Shown here piece by piece: positions 38,854 to 48,103 of a stretch of 64,000 nt of DNA; positions within the stretch are counted from its first letter, which is position 1, and every line of letters starts with the position of its first letter. Position numbers and translations under genes: made by a program. The stretch is from an uncultured Rikenellaceae bacterium (GTDB lineage Bacteria; Bacteroidota; Bacteroidia; Bacteroidales; VadinHA17): contig CAZGKI010000009.1 in the NCBI GenBank assembly GCA_964526345.1, forward strand, positions 2,425 to 66,424. The letters run 5' to 3'. Under the pieces are notes generated by a model. The model did not search any database and was not told the origin of the DNA. It saw only the letters and a program-made list of their open reading frames with translations.

Positions 38854-40071
38854 TTAAGCAAACATTTTAATTACCTTTTCAATTCCACTGGCCAGTGTAC
38901 CGATCTCGTCCCTGGTGTTATAAAAGCACATTGATGCTCTAACAGTGCCATCGATTCCAAACCTGTCCATAACAGGCTGTGCACAGTGGGTACCTGTTCT
39001 TACTGCAATACCAAGCTTATCTAGGATCATTCCGGTATCATACATATGGATCCCATCGAGAAGAAATGAGATTGTCGGGATTTTATTTAATGAATTCCCA
39101 TAAATCTTCAATCCTTTTATACCTGACAGCCTGTTTGTTGCATAAACCAGAAGATCCTGTTCCATCCTGCTGATATTTTCCCTGCCAATAGAAAGAACAT
39201 AGTCCAGTGCAACACCCAGTCCAATAGCCGCTGGAAAATTCATTGTGCCGGCTTCGAATTTAAATGGCAATTCATTATATGTTGTTTTTTCAAATGTGAC
39301 ATTTTTTACCATGTCGCCCCCACCCTGGTAAGGAGGAAGCTCTGAAAGCCATTTTTCTTTGCCAAAGAGTACTCCGATTCCCGTGGGTCCGTATATTTTA
39401 TGCCCCGAAAAAACATAGAAATCGCAATCCAGGGACATAACATCAGTTAAGGCATGCTGTACGCCCTGTGCACCATCGATCAGAACAGGAATTCCGAATG
39501 AATGTGCATCTTCAATAATTTTGTTTACCGGGAGCAGTGTGCCCAATGCGTTTGAGACCTGCGAAACTGCAATAATTTTTGTTCTCGGTGACAACATTTT
39601 TAAAAACTCATCATAAATAAGTTCACCGTTATCGTCAATAGGTATCACCCTTAATTTTGCCTCTTTTCGCACACACATCATCTGCCATGGCACTATATTG
39701 GCATGATGCTCCAGGTGACTTATTATTACCTCATCGCCTTTTCCTATATAACGTTCACCGAATGAAAATGCAATTGTGTTTATTGAGCTTGTCGCTCCGG
39801 AAGTAAAAATAATTTCTTCTTTAGTTGGAGCATTAATGAATGATCTGACTTTCTCTCTTGCATTTTCATATTCCATAGAAGCTTCATCGCTTAATGCATG
39901 AACACCTCTGTGTATATTGCTGTTAAAAGATGTCAGCACCTCATCCATGGCCTCAATAACACTCCGTGGCTTTTGAGTGGTAGCTCCATTATCGAGGTAT
40001 ACAAGCGGTTTGTCGTATACTTTCCTGCTGAGGATTGGAAAGTCTGTCCTTATTTCTGAGATGCTTTTCAC
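38854..40071 (-). CDS. sufS: SufS-type cysteine desulfurase
   Basis: YLDNGATTQKP, EHHANIVPW, DGAQ, FSGHK, FEAGT, RTGTHCAQP. Confidence 0.96.
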   Translation of the reverse strand: MKSISEIRTDFPILSRKVYDKPLVYLDNGATTQKPRSVIEAMDEVLTSFNSNIHRGVHALSDEASMEYENAREKVRSFINAPTKEEIIFTSGATSSINTIAFSFGERYIGKGDEVIISHLEHHANIVPWQMMCVRKEAKLRVIPIDDNGELIYDEFLKMLSPRTKIIAVSQVSNALGTLLPVNKIIEDAHSFGIPVLIDGAQGVQHALTDVMSLDCDFYVFSGHKIYGPTGIGVLFGKEKWLSELPPYQGGGDMVKNVTFEKTTYNELPFKFEAGTMNFPAAIGLGVALDYVLSIGRENISRMEQDLLVYATNRLSGIKGLKIYGNSLNKIPTISFLLDGIHMYDTGMILDKLGIAVRTGTHCAQPVMDRFGIDGTVRASMCFYNTRDEIGTLASGIEKVIKMFA

Positions 40072-40083
40072 CTGGTATATTGA

Positions 40084-41442
40084 TTATCCACATTTTACCA
40101 TACAGCTTGCACAGCGCGACAGTTCACCTTTAAGTCGCTGCATAACAAGGTTATCCATCCTTTCGCGAAGCGCTTCAACTTTAATATTCTGGATAACCTC
40201 ATGGGCAAAACCAAACATAAGCATAAGTCTTGCATCGCGTTTGTTTATGCCTCTTGACTGCAGGTAAAAAAGTGCATTTTCGTCCAGCTGGCCCACTGTT
40301 GCACCATGACTGCATTTAACATCATCGGCATATATTTCCAGTTGAGGCTTGGAGTCCATTTTTGCGTCGTCGGTAAGAAGAATATTGTTGTTCTTCTGGT
40401 AAGCCAGGGTTCCCTGTGCATCTTTATGAACATATATCCTGCCGTTAAAAGCGCCTGTCGACATGTCGTCAAGCACACCTTTAAATAACTGGTTGCTGGT
40501 ACAATTTGGGAATGCATGATCGACATTAACAAAATTATCGATATGCTGCCATTTGTCGGCAAGGTACAGGCCATAGGAATAACTCTCGGCGCCTTCTCCT
40601 CCAAGATAATGATATGTACTGTTCCGGACAAGTCCGCCATGAAGGGTAATATTATTTGAGGAGGCTGAGCTGTTTTGTTCCTGGTGAATAAAAGTGTGTG
40701 TCAGTTTACCGGCATTGTTGTGTTCGTTCTGCACCCTTATAATATCGAAATGAGCATTTTCTCCGACGTAGATCTCTGTTACCGCGTTGGTCAGGAACCT
40801 TTGCGGGGATAGAGTATGGTCACATATGATAAGAGTTATATCAGCATTTTTTTCGACAATGATAAGATTTCGGTGCTGATTGAATATATCCACGTCGGAA
40901 TGAACAAGGTTGACAATCTGTATCGGCTTTTTCAGGATAGAATTTTCCGGCACATAAATAAATACACCATCAGATGCCATGGCTGTGTTGAGATGCAGAA
41001 GCCCGTCGGTCTCACTGTCAGCATATCTGCCATAATGTTTCTCAACCAGACTGCTGAATTTATTTGCAGCTGCATTAAGGCTTCCTATCCATATCCCTCC
41101 AGGCAATTGCTGAAAGTTGCCGTTTATTGTAGGATAGAATCCGTTCAACAATACCAAACCATGAGTATCGAGGTCAGCGATATCACATCTGAATTCTTCT
41201 GCCTTGACAAAATCTGATTTTGAAGGCATAAAGTAACTGCCGAATTCATGGTTAAAAAAGGTATCAAGATTAGTATACTTATATGCTTCATCCTTCCGCG
41301 TTGGAATTCCCAGTCGGTTAAACTTTTCAATGGCAGCCTCACGGAAAGAATTGATATAGGGTGAAGAATTTTCCGAAATAATACCTATCTGTTCCTTGTA
41401 AAGGCGATAGTAACGTTCTGATTTTTCCGGCTCGTTGTTCAT
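40084..41442 (-). CDS. sufD: Fe-S assembly protein SufD
   Basis: EAYKYTNL, FNGRIYV, KPQLEIYADDVKCSHGATVG, LFYLQSRGI. Confidence 0.95.
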   Translation of the reverse strand: MNNEPEKSERYYRLYKEQIGIISENSSPYINSFREAAIEKFNRLGIPTRKDEAYKYTNLDTFFNHEFGSYFMPSKSDFVKAEEFRCDIADLDTHGLVLLNGFYPTINGNFQQLPGGIWIGSLNAAANKFSSLVEKHYGRYADSETDGLLHLNTAMASDGVFIYVPENSILKKPIQIVNLVHSDVDIFNQHRNLIIVEKNADITLIICDHTLSPQRFLTNAVTEIYVGENAHFDIIRVQNEHNNAGKLTHTFIHQEQNSSASSNNITLHGGLVRNSTYHYLGGEGAESYSYGLYLADKWQHIDNFVNVDHAFPNCTSNQLFKGVLDDMSTGAFNGRIYVHKDAQGTLAYQKNNNILLTDDAKMDSKPQLEIYADDVKCSHGATVGQLDENALFYLQSRGINKRDARLMLMFGFAHEVIQNIKVEALRERMDNLVMQRLKGELSRCASCMVKCG

Positions 41443-42203
41443 GCTATACCATTTTGATAGACCTCCTGCTTAATCCAGTCATAACCCTTTTTTTCAAGCT
41501 CCATGGCAAGTTCTTTCCCTGCTGTTTTAACAATCCGGCCATCGTAAAGAACATGTACAACATCGGGTACGATATAATCAAGCAAACGCTGATAATGAGT
41601 TATCACTATTGTTGAATTGTCGGGCTTTTTAAGCTTGTTAACTCCGTTGGCAACGATACGAAGAGCATCGATATCAAGGCCTGAATCTGTTTCATCGAGA
41701 ATAGCCAGCCTTGGTTCCAGTATCGACATCTGGAATATTTCATTTTTCTTCTTCTCTCCTCCGGAAAACCCTTCATTAACAGACCTGTTGGCAAGCTTCG
41801 AATCGATCTCAACAAGTTCTTTTTTCTCACGCATAATCTTCAGAAAATCTGATGCTGAAAGGGGCTCGAGACCATCATGCTTTCTGTGTTCGTTCAGTGC
41901 TGTTTTCAAAAAATTGACCATACTTACTCCGGGTATTTCTATCGGATACTGGAACCCTAGAAATATTCCCTCTTTTGAACGCTCTTCAGGCGACATATCA
42001 AACAGGTTCTTTCCCATATAGGTTATTGTTCCTTCAGTTACTTCAGCAAAATCTCTTCCGGCAAGAACAGCTGCCAGGGTGCTTTTACCTGATCCGTTAG
42101 GTCCCATTATTGCATGTATTTCGCCGGCCTTTATTTCAAGGCTGATCCCTTTCAGAATAATTTTTCCCTCAATTGAGACCTTTAAATCTTTAATTATAAG
42201 CAT
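41439..42203 (-). CDS. sufC: Fe-S assembly ATPase SufC
   Basis: GPNGSGKST, RSVNEGFSGGEKK, LDETDSGLDIDAL. Confidence 0.97.
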   Translation of the reverse strand: MLIIKDLKVSIEGKIILKGISLEIKAGEIHAIMGPNGSGKSTLAAVLAGRDFAEVTEGTITYMGKNLFDMSPEERSKEGIFLGFQYPIEIPGVSMVNFLKTALNEHRKHDGLEPLSASDFLKIMREKKELVEIDSKLANRSVNEGFSGGEKKKNEIFQMSILEPRLAILDETDSGLDIDALRIVANGVNKLKKPDNSTIVITHYQRLLDYIVPDVVHVLYDGRIVKTAGKELAMELEKKGYDWIKQEVYQNGIA

Positions 42204-42230
42204 TATAATATTTTATTTACCATATTTTAT

Positions 42231-43679
42231 CTACCCAACACTACCTTCAAGGCTTATCTGCAAAAGTTTCTGAGCCTCAACAGCAAATTCCATTGGCAGC
42301 TTATTAATAACTTCTCTTGCATATCCGTTTACAATAAGTCCAATAGCATCCTCAGTTGAGATACCGCGTTGATTACAATAGAATATCTGATCTTCACCGA
42401 TCTTTGATGTTGTGGCTTCATGCTCCACTATTGCACTTTGATTATCAACCTCAATATAAGGAAAAGTGTGTGCCCCGCACTTATCTCCAAGCAGGAGCGA
42501 GTCGCACTGGGAGAAGTTCCTGGCACCTGTGGCATTCTTCAGCACTTTTACCAGACCTCTGTAGCTGTTCTGACCATGACCCGCAGATATACCTTTGGAA
42601 ACTATTGTGCTTTTTGTATTTTTCCCGATATGAATCATTTTCGTACCGGTATCAGCCTGCTGGTGATTATTGGTAACGGCTACCGAATAAAACTCGCCTG
42701 TTGAATTATCTCCCCTGAGTATGCATGATGGATATTTCCACGTTATTGCCGAACCTGTTTCGATCTGTGTCCACGATATTTTTGAGTTTTCACCCCTGCA
42801 CATACCTCTCTTTGTTACAAAATTAAAGACACCGCCTTTCCCATTCTTATCACCCGGATACCAGTTCTGGACAGTTGAATATTTCACTTCAGCATTATTT
42901 TCTGCAATTATTTCAACAATGGCTGCATGCAGTTGATTTTCATCTCTCATCGGTGCAGTACATCCTTCGAGATAGCTGACATAACTCTCTTCATCTGCCA
43001 CCAAAAGTGTTCTCTCAAACTGTCCGGTGTTGGCTGCATTTATCCTGAAATACGTTGAAAGCTCCATAGGGCAGCGGACACCTTTTGGAATATAGCAAAA
43101 AGAACCGTCACTGAAAACAGCAGAATTCAGTGATGCAAAAAAATTATCAGTGTATGGGACAACTGTTCCCATATATCTCTTTACCAGGTCAGGGTACTCC
43201 CTCACTGCATCGCTGAATGAACAGAAGATAATACCAGATTCAGCCAGCGTTTCCTTAAAAGTCGTTTTTACCGATACACTATCCATCACTGCGTCAACTG
43301 CTACGCCCGAAAGATGCTTCTGTTCTTCCAGAGGGATTCCCAGCTTATCAAATGTCTTTTTCAGTTCAGGATCTATGTCGTCCAGGCTTGTGTAACCAAC
43401 TTTCTGTTTTGGCGCAGCATAATAAATAATATCCTGGTAATTAATTTCAGGTATTGTAAGATTAGCCCATGCAGGCATTTTCATGGCCTGCCAGTATCTG
43501 AACGACTTAAGGCGGAATTCAAGTAACCATGAAGGTTCATTCTTCTTTGTGGAAATGGCACGGATAATACCCTCATTAAGTCCCCTGGGAAGCTGCTCCA
43601 TCTCTATATCGGAATGAAAACCATACTTATATTCCCCGGTTGTTACATCATTTATTATTTTATCCTGATCCTTTTCCAT
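42231..43679 (-). CDS. sufB: Fe-S assembly protein SufB
   Basis: [40 protein letters not shown]. Confidence 0.97.
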   Translation of the reverse strand: MEKDQDKIINDVTTGEYKYGFHSDIEMEQLPRGLNEGIIRAISTKKNEPSWLLEFRLKSFRYWQAMKMPAWANLTIPEINYQDIIYYAAPKQKVGYTSLDDIDPELKKTFDKLGIPLEEQKHLSGVAVDAVMDSVSVKTTFKETLAESGIIFCSFSDAVREYPDLVKRYMGTVVPYTDNFFASLNSAVFSDGSFCYIPKGVRCPMELSTYFRINAANTGQFERTLLVADEESYVSYLEGCTAPMRDENQLHAAIVEIIAENNAEVKYSTVQNWYPGDKNGKGGVFNFVTKRGMCRGENSKISWTQIETGSAITWKYPSCILRGDNSTGEFYSVAVTNNHQQADTGTKMIHIGKNTKSTIVSKGISAGHGQNSYRGLVKVLKNATGARNFSQCDSLLLGDKCGAHTFPYIEVDNQSAIVEHEATTSKIGEDQIFYCNQRGISTEDAIGLIVNGYAREVINKLPMEFAVEAQKLLQISLEGSVG

Positions 43680-43740
43680 TTATTATTTATCGTAATTCAT
43701 ATCCCATATAATCAATAAACAATAAGAGAACCTGTTTGTT

Positions 43741-43759
43741 AATTATATTTAATCTAAAT
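43741..43759 (-). promoter_or_regulatory. Putative Fur box overlapping the suf transcription start
   Basis: ATTTAGATTAAATATAATT matches 14 of 19 positions of ATTTAGAATTATTCTAAAT, the Fur box I recall being reported for the bacteroidete Riemerella. Confidence 0.5.
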
Positions 43760-43766
43760 AAACATG

Positions 43767-43774
43767 CAAAATTA
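43767..43774 (-). promoter_or_regulatory. -7 promoter element of the suf operon
   Basis: TAATTTTG exact TAnnTTTG match. Confidence 0.6.
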
Positions 43775-43927
43775 AAAAATATCATGCAGAGTTGAAGAAT
43801 TTAAATGGAAAATAATCTTCAGAATATTAGATGTAATGATTAAAAAAGATACTGCATACTTATAATAACAATTTAAAAATATTATAATTTTGGTGCCTCA
43901 TTTATACTCCATTTATCATATTCCTAT

Positions 43928-45340
43928 ATGAAAACCCTGCATTTTTTCCTCAGCAAAAACGGGAAAAAGCTATTTCTGCTTTTATTAATACTGCTCTCCC
44001 CGGTATCCTTATTGGCAGCTGTTCATGGTGCACCATCAATAGGGCCTGTGCGCATCGAATTTATTATTTTCGGATTTGTTCTCCTGGGTGTCGCCCTTTT
44101 TCACAAGCATACTTTCTGGGTTGCTGTTACAGGATTGACTATATTGCTGATATTTAAGCTGTTACTTGTTCCGGGGTTTCATCTTGGCCAGCATCTTTTT
44201 GGAACAACACCTTTTGTGGAACAGCTTGTACACAAAAACTTACGACAGGGTGAATGGGGCATTATTATTAACCTGCTTGGCCTTTTATTGGGATTTGCAC
44301 TCTTATCAAAAATATTTGAAGAATCGGGAGTCCCGGATGTTCTGCCGAAATATCTTCCGAATGACTGGAAGGGGCCTCTTTTGCTTCTGATATTTGTTTT
44401 TATTCTATCCTCATTCCTTGATAATATTGCTGCCGCACTTATAGGTGGCACAATAGCTCTCGTCGTTTTCAAGGACAGGGTTCACATAGGGTATATTGCA
44501 GCAATGGTTGCAGCAAGCAATGCAGGAGGATGCGGAAGTGTGGTTGGTGATACTACAACAACGATGATGTGGATTGACGGTGTTGCAGCTTTTAATGTTA
44601 TACATGCTTATGTTGCCGCAATTGCAGCGTTCCTGTTTTTTGCATGGTTCGCTTCACATCAGCAGGACAAATATCAGAGGATCCAGAGAGATGCTTCACC
44701 TGGTGTTAAAATTGACTGGCTTAAAATATTTAATGTCATTCTGATATTGGCAGGAGCAATTATATCAAACATACTATATGACATGCCGGCCCTGGGAGTG
44801 TGGATAGGTATATTACTGGGGGCTTTAATAAGACCTGTCCCATGGAAAGAGGTCCCTGGAGCAATAAAAGGGACTGTTTTCCTGCTCAGCCTTGTGGGAT
44901 GTGCTTCAGTGATGCCCGTCGAAGAGCTTCCTGAGGCATCATGGATAACTGCTTTTGCACTGGGATTCCTTTCTGCAGTTTTTGACAATATTCCGCTTAC
45001 AAAACTATGTCTTGAGCAGGGATATTTTGACTGGGGTATGCTGGCTTATACTGTTGGTTTTGGTGGATCGATGATTTGGTTTGGATCCTCAGCAGGCGTT
45101 GCAATCACAAATAAATTTCCTGAAGCAAGAAATGTAGTTCAATGGGCGAGAAAAGGATGGCATGTTGCAGCAGCTTATATAATCGGGTTTCTGGCGCTTT
45201 ATCTTCTTCTTGGGTGGGAACCAGGCAACAATAAAGAACATAAGATCATAAACAGACCTGCATCATTGTCACCTGAGGCAGGCAAGGGAGTGGCATTTAA
45301 TTACCACGAAACCTTGTTTTATCCGGAGATGATAAAATAA
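43928..45340 (+). CDS. Ion transporter (IT) superfamily permease, NhaD/CitMHS-like, copy 1
   Basis: SSFLDNIAA, ASNAGGCGSVVGDTTTTMMW, SAVFDNIPLT, GGSMIWFGSSAGV; more than 10 TM helices. Confidence 0.82.
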   Translation: MKTLHFFLSKNGKKLFLLLLILLSPVSLLAAVHGAPSIGPVRIEFIIFGFVLLGVALFHKHTFWVAVTGLTILLIFKLLLVPGFHLGQHLFGTTPFVEQLVHKNLRQGEWGIIINLLGLLLGFALLSKIFEESGVPDVLPKYLPNDWKGPLLLLIFVFILSSFLDNIAAALIGGTIALVVFKDRVHIGYIAAMVAASNAGGCGSVVGDTTTTMMWIDGVAAFNVIHAYVAAIAAFLFFAWFASHQQDKYQRIQRDASPGVKIDWLKIFNVILILAGAIISNILYDMPALGVWIGILLGALIRPVPWKEVPGAIKGTVFLLSLVGCASVMPVEELPEASWITAFALGFLSAVFDNIPLTKLCLEQGYFDWGMLAYTVGFGGSMIWFGSSAGVAITNKFPEARNVVQWARKGWHVAAAYIIGFLALYLLLGWEPGNNKEHKIINRPASLSPEAGKGVAFNYHETLFYPEMIK

Positions 45341-45404
45341 ATTTTTCAATTCAGGTTAATTGTTTATTTTAGCACACTGAAAATTACTAAATACTTTTAT
45401 CTGA

Positions 45405-46850
45405 ATGATTAACAATAATATACAATACTTTCCAGGAACCTTGAAAAAGGTTTTTTTATTTACGGCTTTTATGATCCTGCCGCTGCTGGCCTTCGGATCT
45501 TCTGGTCCTGTACCATCGCTTGGGCCGATAAGATTTGAATTTATAATTTTCGGATTACTTCTTCTTGGCGTGGCACTTTTTCATAACCACACCTTTTATG
45601 TTGCAATTATTGGCTTCACTGTACTACTGATATTTAAACTCATACTTGATCCGGGCTTTAATCTTAAGGTACATATGTTCGGAACAACTCCGATACTGGA
45701 GCAGTTGATGGATAAGGAATTACGGCAGGGAGAATGGGGGATAATACTAAATCTGCTTGGATTACTGCTTGGGTTTGCAGTGTTATCTAAAATTTTTGAA
45801 GAATCACGGGTTCCTGACATACTTCCGCGCTATCTCCCTAACGACTGGAAAGGACCCCTGTTTCTGCTTGTCTTTGTTTTCATAATGTCTGCTTTCCTTG
45901 ATAATATTGCAGCAGCTCTTATCGGAGGCACAATTGCCCTGGTAGTATTTAAACATAAGGTTCATATTGGTTATTTAGCTGCAATTGTGGCTGCAAGCAA
46001 TGCCGGGGGAGCTGGAAGCGTAGTGGGAGATACAACTACCACTATGATGTGGATTGATGGTGTATCAGCATTTAATGTCCTTCATGCATATGTTGCAGCA
46101 ATTTTCGCGTTTGTGATTTTTGGATGGATAGGTTCACATCAGCAGGATAAATACAACAGGATCCAGGCAGATCCCGTAAAAGGGGTAAAAATTAACTGGA
46201 CAAGAATTTTAGTGGTTATACTGATCCTTATTGGAGCTATCGTATCAAATATTCTGTACGATATGCCGGCTCTTGGAGTCTGGATGGCGATGGCAGTAGG
46301 TGCTTTTATAATAAAAGTGCCATGGAAAGAAGTTCCGGGTGCTTTAAAAGGTACTATCTTCCTGCTCTGTCTGGTAACCAGTGCTTCCATGATGCCTGTT
46401 GAAGAACTTCCCGACGCCTCATGGATCACTTCACTAGCATTAGGATTCCTTTCTGCCGTCTTTGATAATATTCCACTTACAAAACTCTGCCTCGACCAGG
46501 GTCATTATGACTGGGGTATGCTGGCTTATACTGTTGGTTTTGGTGGTTCTATGGTATGGTTTGGATCATCTGCCGGTGTGGCAATGACAAATAAGTTTCA
46601 GGAAGCCAGAGATGTTGTTTTATGGTTTAGAAAAGGCTGGCATGTAGCTGCTGCATATGTTATCGGATTTTTTGCCCTTTATTTAATAATGGGATGGGAA
46701 CCAGCTGATAACAAAGAACATAAGATCATCAATTGTCCTGTTCCCGGGTGTCCTATGGCAGGTAAAGGACAGGCTTTAATAATAAAAGCGCCTGAAGAAA
46801 ATAAATCTTACTTTCCTTTGCTCTCTTTATATTCCCTGAGCAATGATTGA
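45405..46850 (+). CDS. Ion transporter (IT) superfamily permease, NhaD/CitMHS-like, copy 2
   Basis: Same motifs (SAFLDNIAA, SNAGGAGSVVGDTTTT, SAVFDNIPLT); collinear paralog of copy 1. Confidence 0.82.
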   Translation: MINNNIQYFPGTLKKVFLFTAFMILPLLAFGSSGPVPSLGPIRFEFIIFGLLLLGVALFHNHTFYVAIIGFTVLLIFKLILDPGFNLKVHMFGTTPILEQLMDKELRQGEWGIILNLLGLLLGFAVLSKIFEESRVPDILPRYLPNDWKGPLFLLVFVFIMSAFLDNIAAALIGGTIALVVFKHKVHIGYLAAIVAASNAGGAGSVVGDTTTTMMWIDGVSAFNVLHAYVAAIFAFVIFGWIGSHQQDKYNRIQADPVKGVKINWTRILVVILILIGAIVSNILYDMPALGVWMAMAVGAFIIKVPWKEVPGALKGTIFLLCLVTSASMMPVEELPDASWITSLALGFLSAVFDNIPLTKLCLDQGHYDWGMLAYTVGFGGSMVWFGSSAGVAMTNKFQEARDVVLWFRKGWHVAAAYVIGFFALYLIMGWEPADNKEHKIINCPVPGCPMAGKGQALIIKAPEENKSYFPLLSLYSLSND

Positions 46851-47881
46851 AAGATCTCCTTTACTGAAGATATTTTAGTGGCCCTGAATGCATTCGACCC
46901 GGCAAATGCATATCCATTTTCAAAATTTCCCTTAAATGCATTGATGAGAGCAACTATAATGCAATAGGGACTTTTACTTATATCACATGTTTTAATACAT
47001 TTAAACGGACATTTAACAGGCTGCTTTTTACCGTCCCTGACTTTGGCAATAAAGTTGCTGAAGATAGCACGTCCCGGCATTCCAACTGGACTTTTAATAA
47101 TTTCAATATCTTTTTCCTCAGCATCAATATATGACTGTTTGAATGCCTCCGAAGCATCACATTCGTGAGAGGTAACAAAAATGGTTCCCATTTGTACACC
47201 CGCTGCTCCCAGCTTCATAATATTATTTATATCCTCACCTGTATATATTCCTCCTGCTGCAATCAGTGGTATTGACTGGTGATATTTCTCTTCAAATGGT
47301 TTCAGCTCTTTAACTATCTCGGGAACAAGCTTTTCGAGTGCATACTCACTGTCAGAGATCTGTTCTTCTTTAAATCCCAGATGGCCGCCTGCTTTTGGAC
47401 CCTCAACGATAACTGCATCAGGAAGATAATCATAATTCGTTTTCCACTTTTCACAAATTATTTTTGTTGCTCTTGAAGATGAAACAATAGGTACAAGTTT
47501 AGTTGTGCTGCCCTTTTTGAGAAATGAAGGCAGGTCAAGCGGAAGCCCTGCTCCTGCTATTATAAGATCAACCTTTTCGGCAATAGAGGTCCTGATCATA
47601 TCTGCAAAATTTGTCATGGCTACCATAACATTCACCCCAATGACGCCAAGAGTCTTTTCGCGCGCTTTTCTTATCTCTTCCTTAAGTCCAAGAATACTTG
47701 CCTCCAGAAAGTTTGCAGAAAGGTTCTTATAAAGAAGCCCAAGGCCTGCAGAAGAAATTACTCCAACGCCTCCCTCGTTTGCTACTGCTGACGCCAGCCC
47801 TGAAAGTGAAATTCCAACTCCCATACCACCCTGAACGATCGGAACAGCAATTGCAAGATTACCAATTTTCAAACCCCTCAT
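46808..47881 (-). CDS. Nitronate monooxygenase-family FMN enzyme, FabX-like with C-terminal 4-Cys motif
   Basis: PIVQGGMGVGIS, VEGPKAGGHLGF, AAGGIY, GVQMGT, CPFKCIKTC...PYC; ATG at 47881 follows a TACCTTTG -7 box at 47904-47911. Confidence 0.8.
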   Translation of the reverse strand: MRGLKIGNLAIAVPIVQGGMGVGISLSGLASAVANEGGVGVISSAGLGLLYKNLSANFLEASILGLKEEIRKAREKTLGVIGVNVMVAMTNFADMIRTSIAEKVDLIIAGAGLPLDLPSFLKKGSTTKLVPIVSSSRATKIICEKWKTNYDYLPDAVIVEGPKAGGHLGFKEEQISDSEYALEKLVPEIVKELKPFEEKYHQSIPLIAAGGIYTGEDINNIMKLGAAGVQMGTIFVTSHECDASEAFKQSYIDAEEKDIEIIKSPVGMPGRAIFSNFIAKVRDGKKQPVKCPFKCIKTCDISKSPYCIIVALINAFKGNFENGYAFAGSNAFRATKISSVKEIFQSLLREYKESKGK

Positions 47882-48103
47882 TTTAGTTCTTATATAATTT
47901 CGCCAAAGGTAGACCAATAATGATAACATGGTTAGAAAAAAGGACTATTTAACGCAAAACAGATCTTTCATTTCATCATTTTTAACATTTGACCGGCCGG
48001 TTTCAAAGAAATAAATTGACATGAATTCACTTATGGTCTTATATTTGTCACTTACGGATAGATTAAAATTTTAACTTTAGAGTTGAAAAATCTATTAATG
48101 ATT

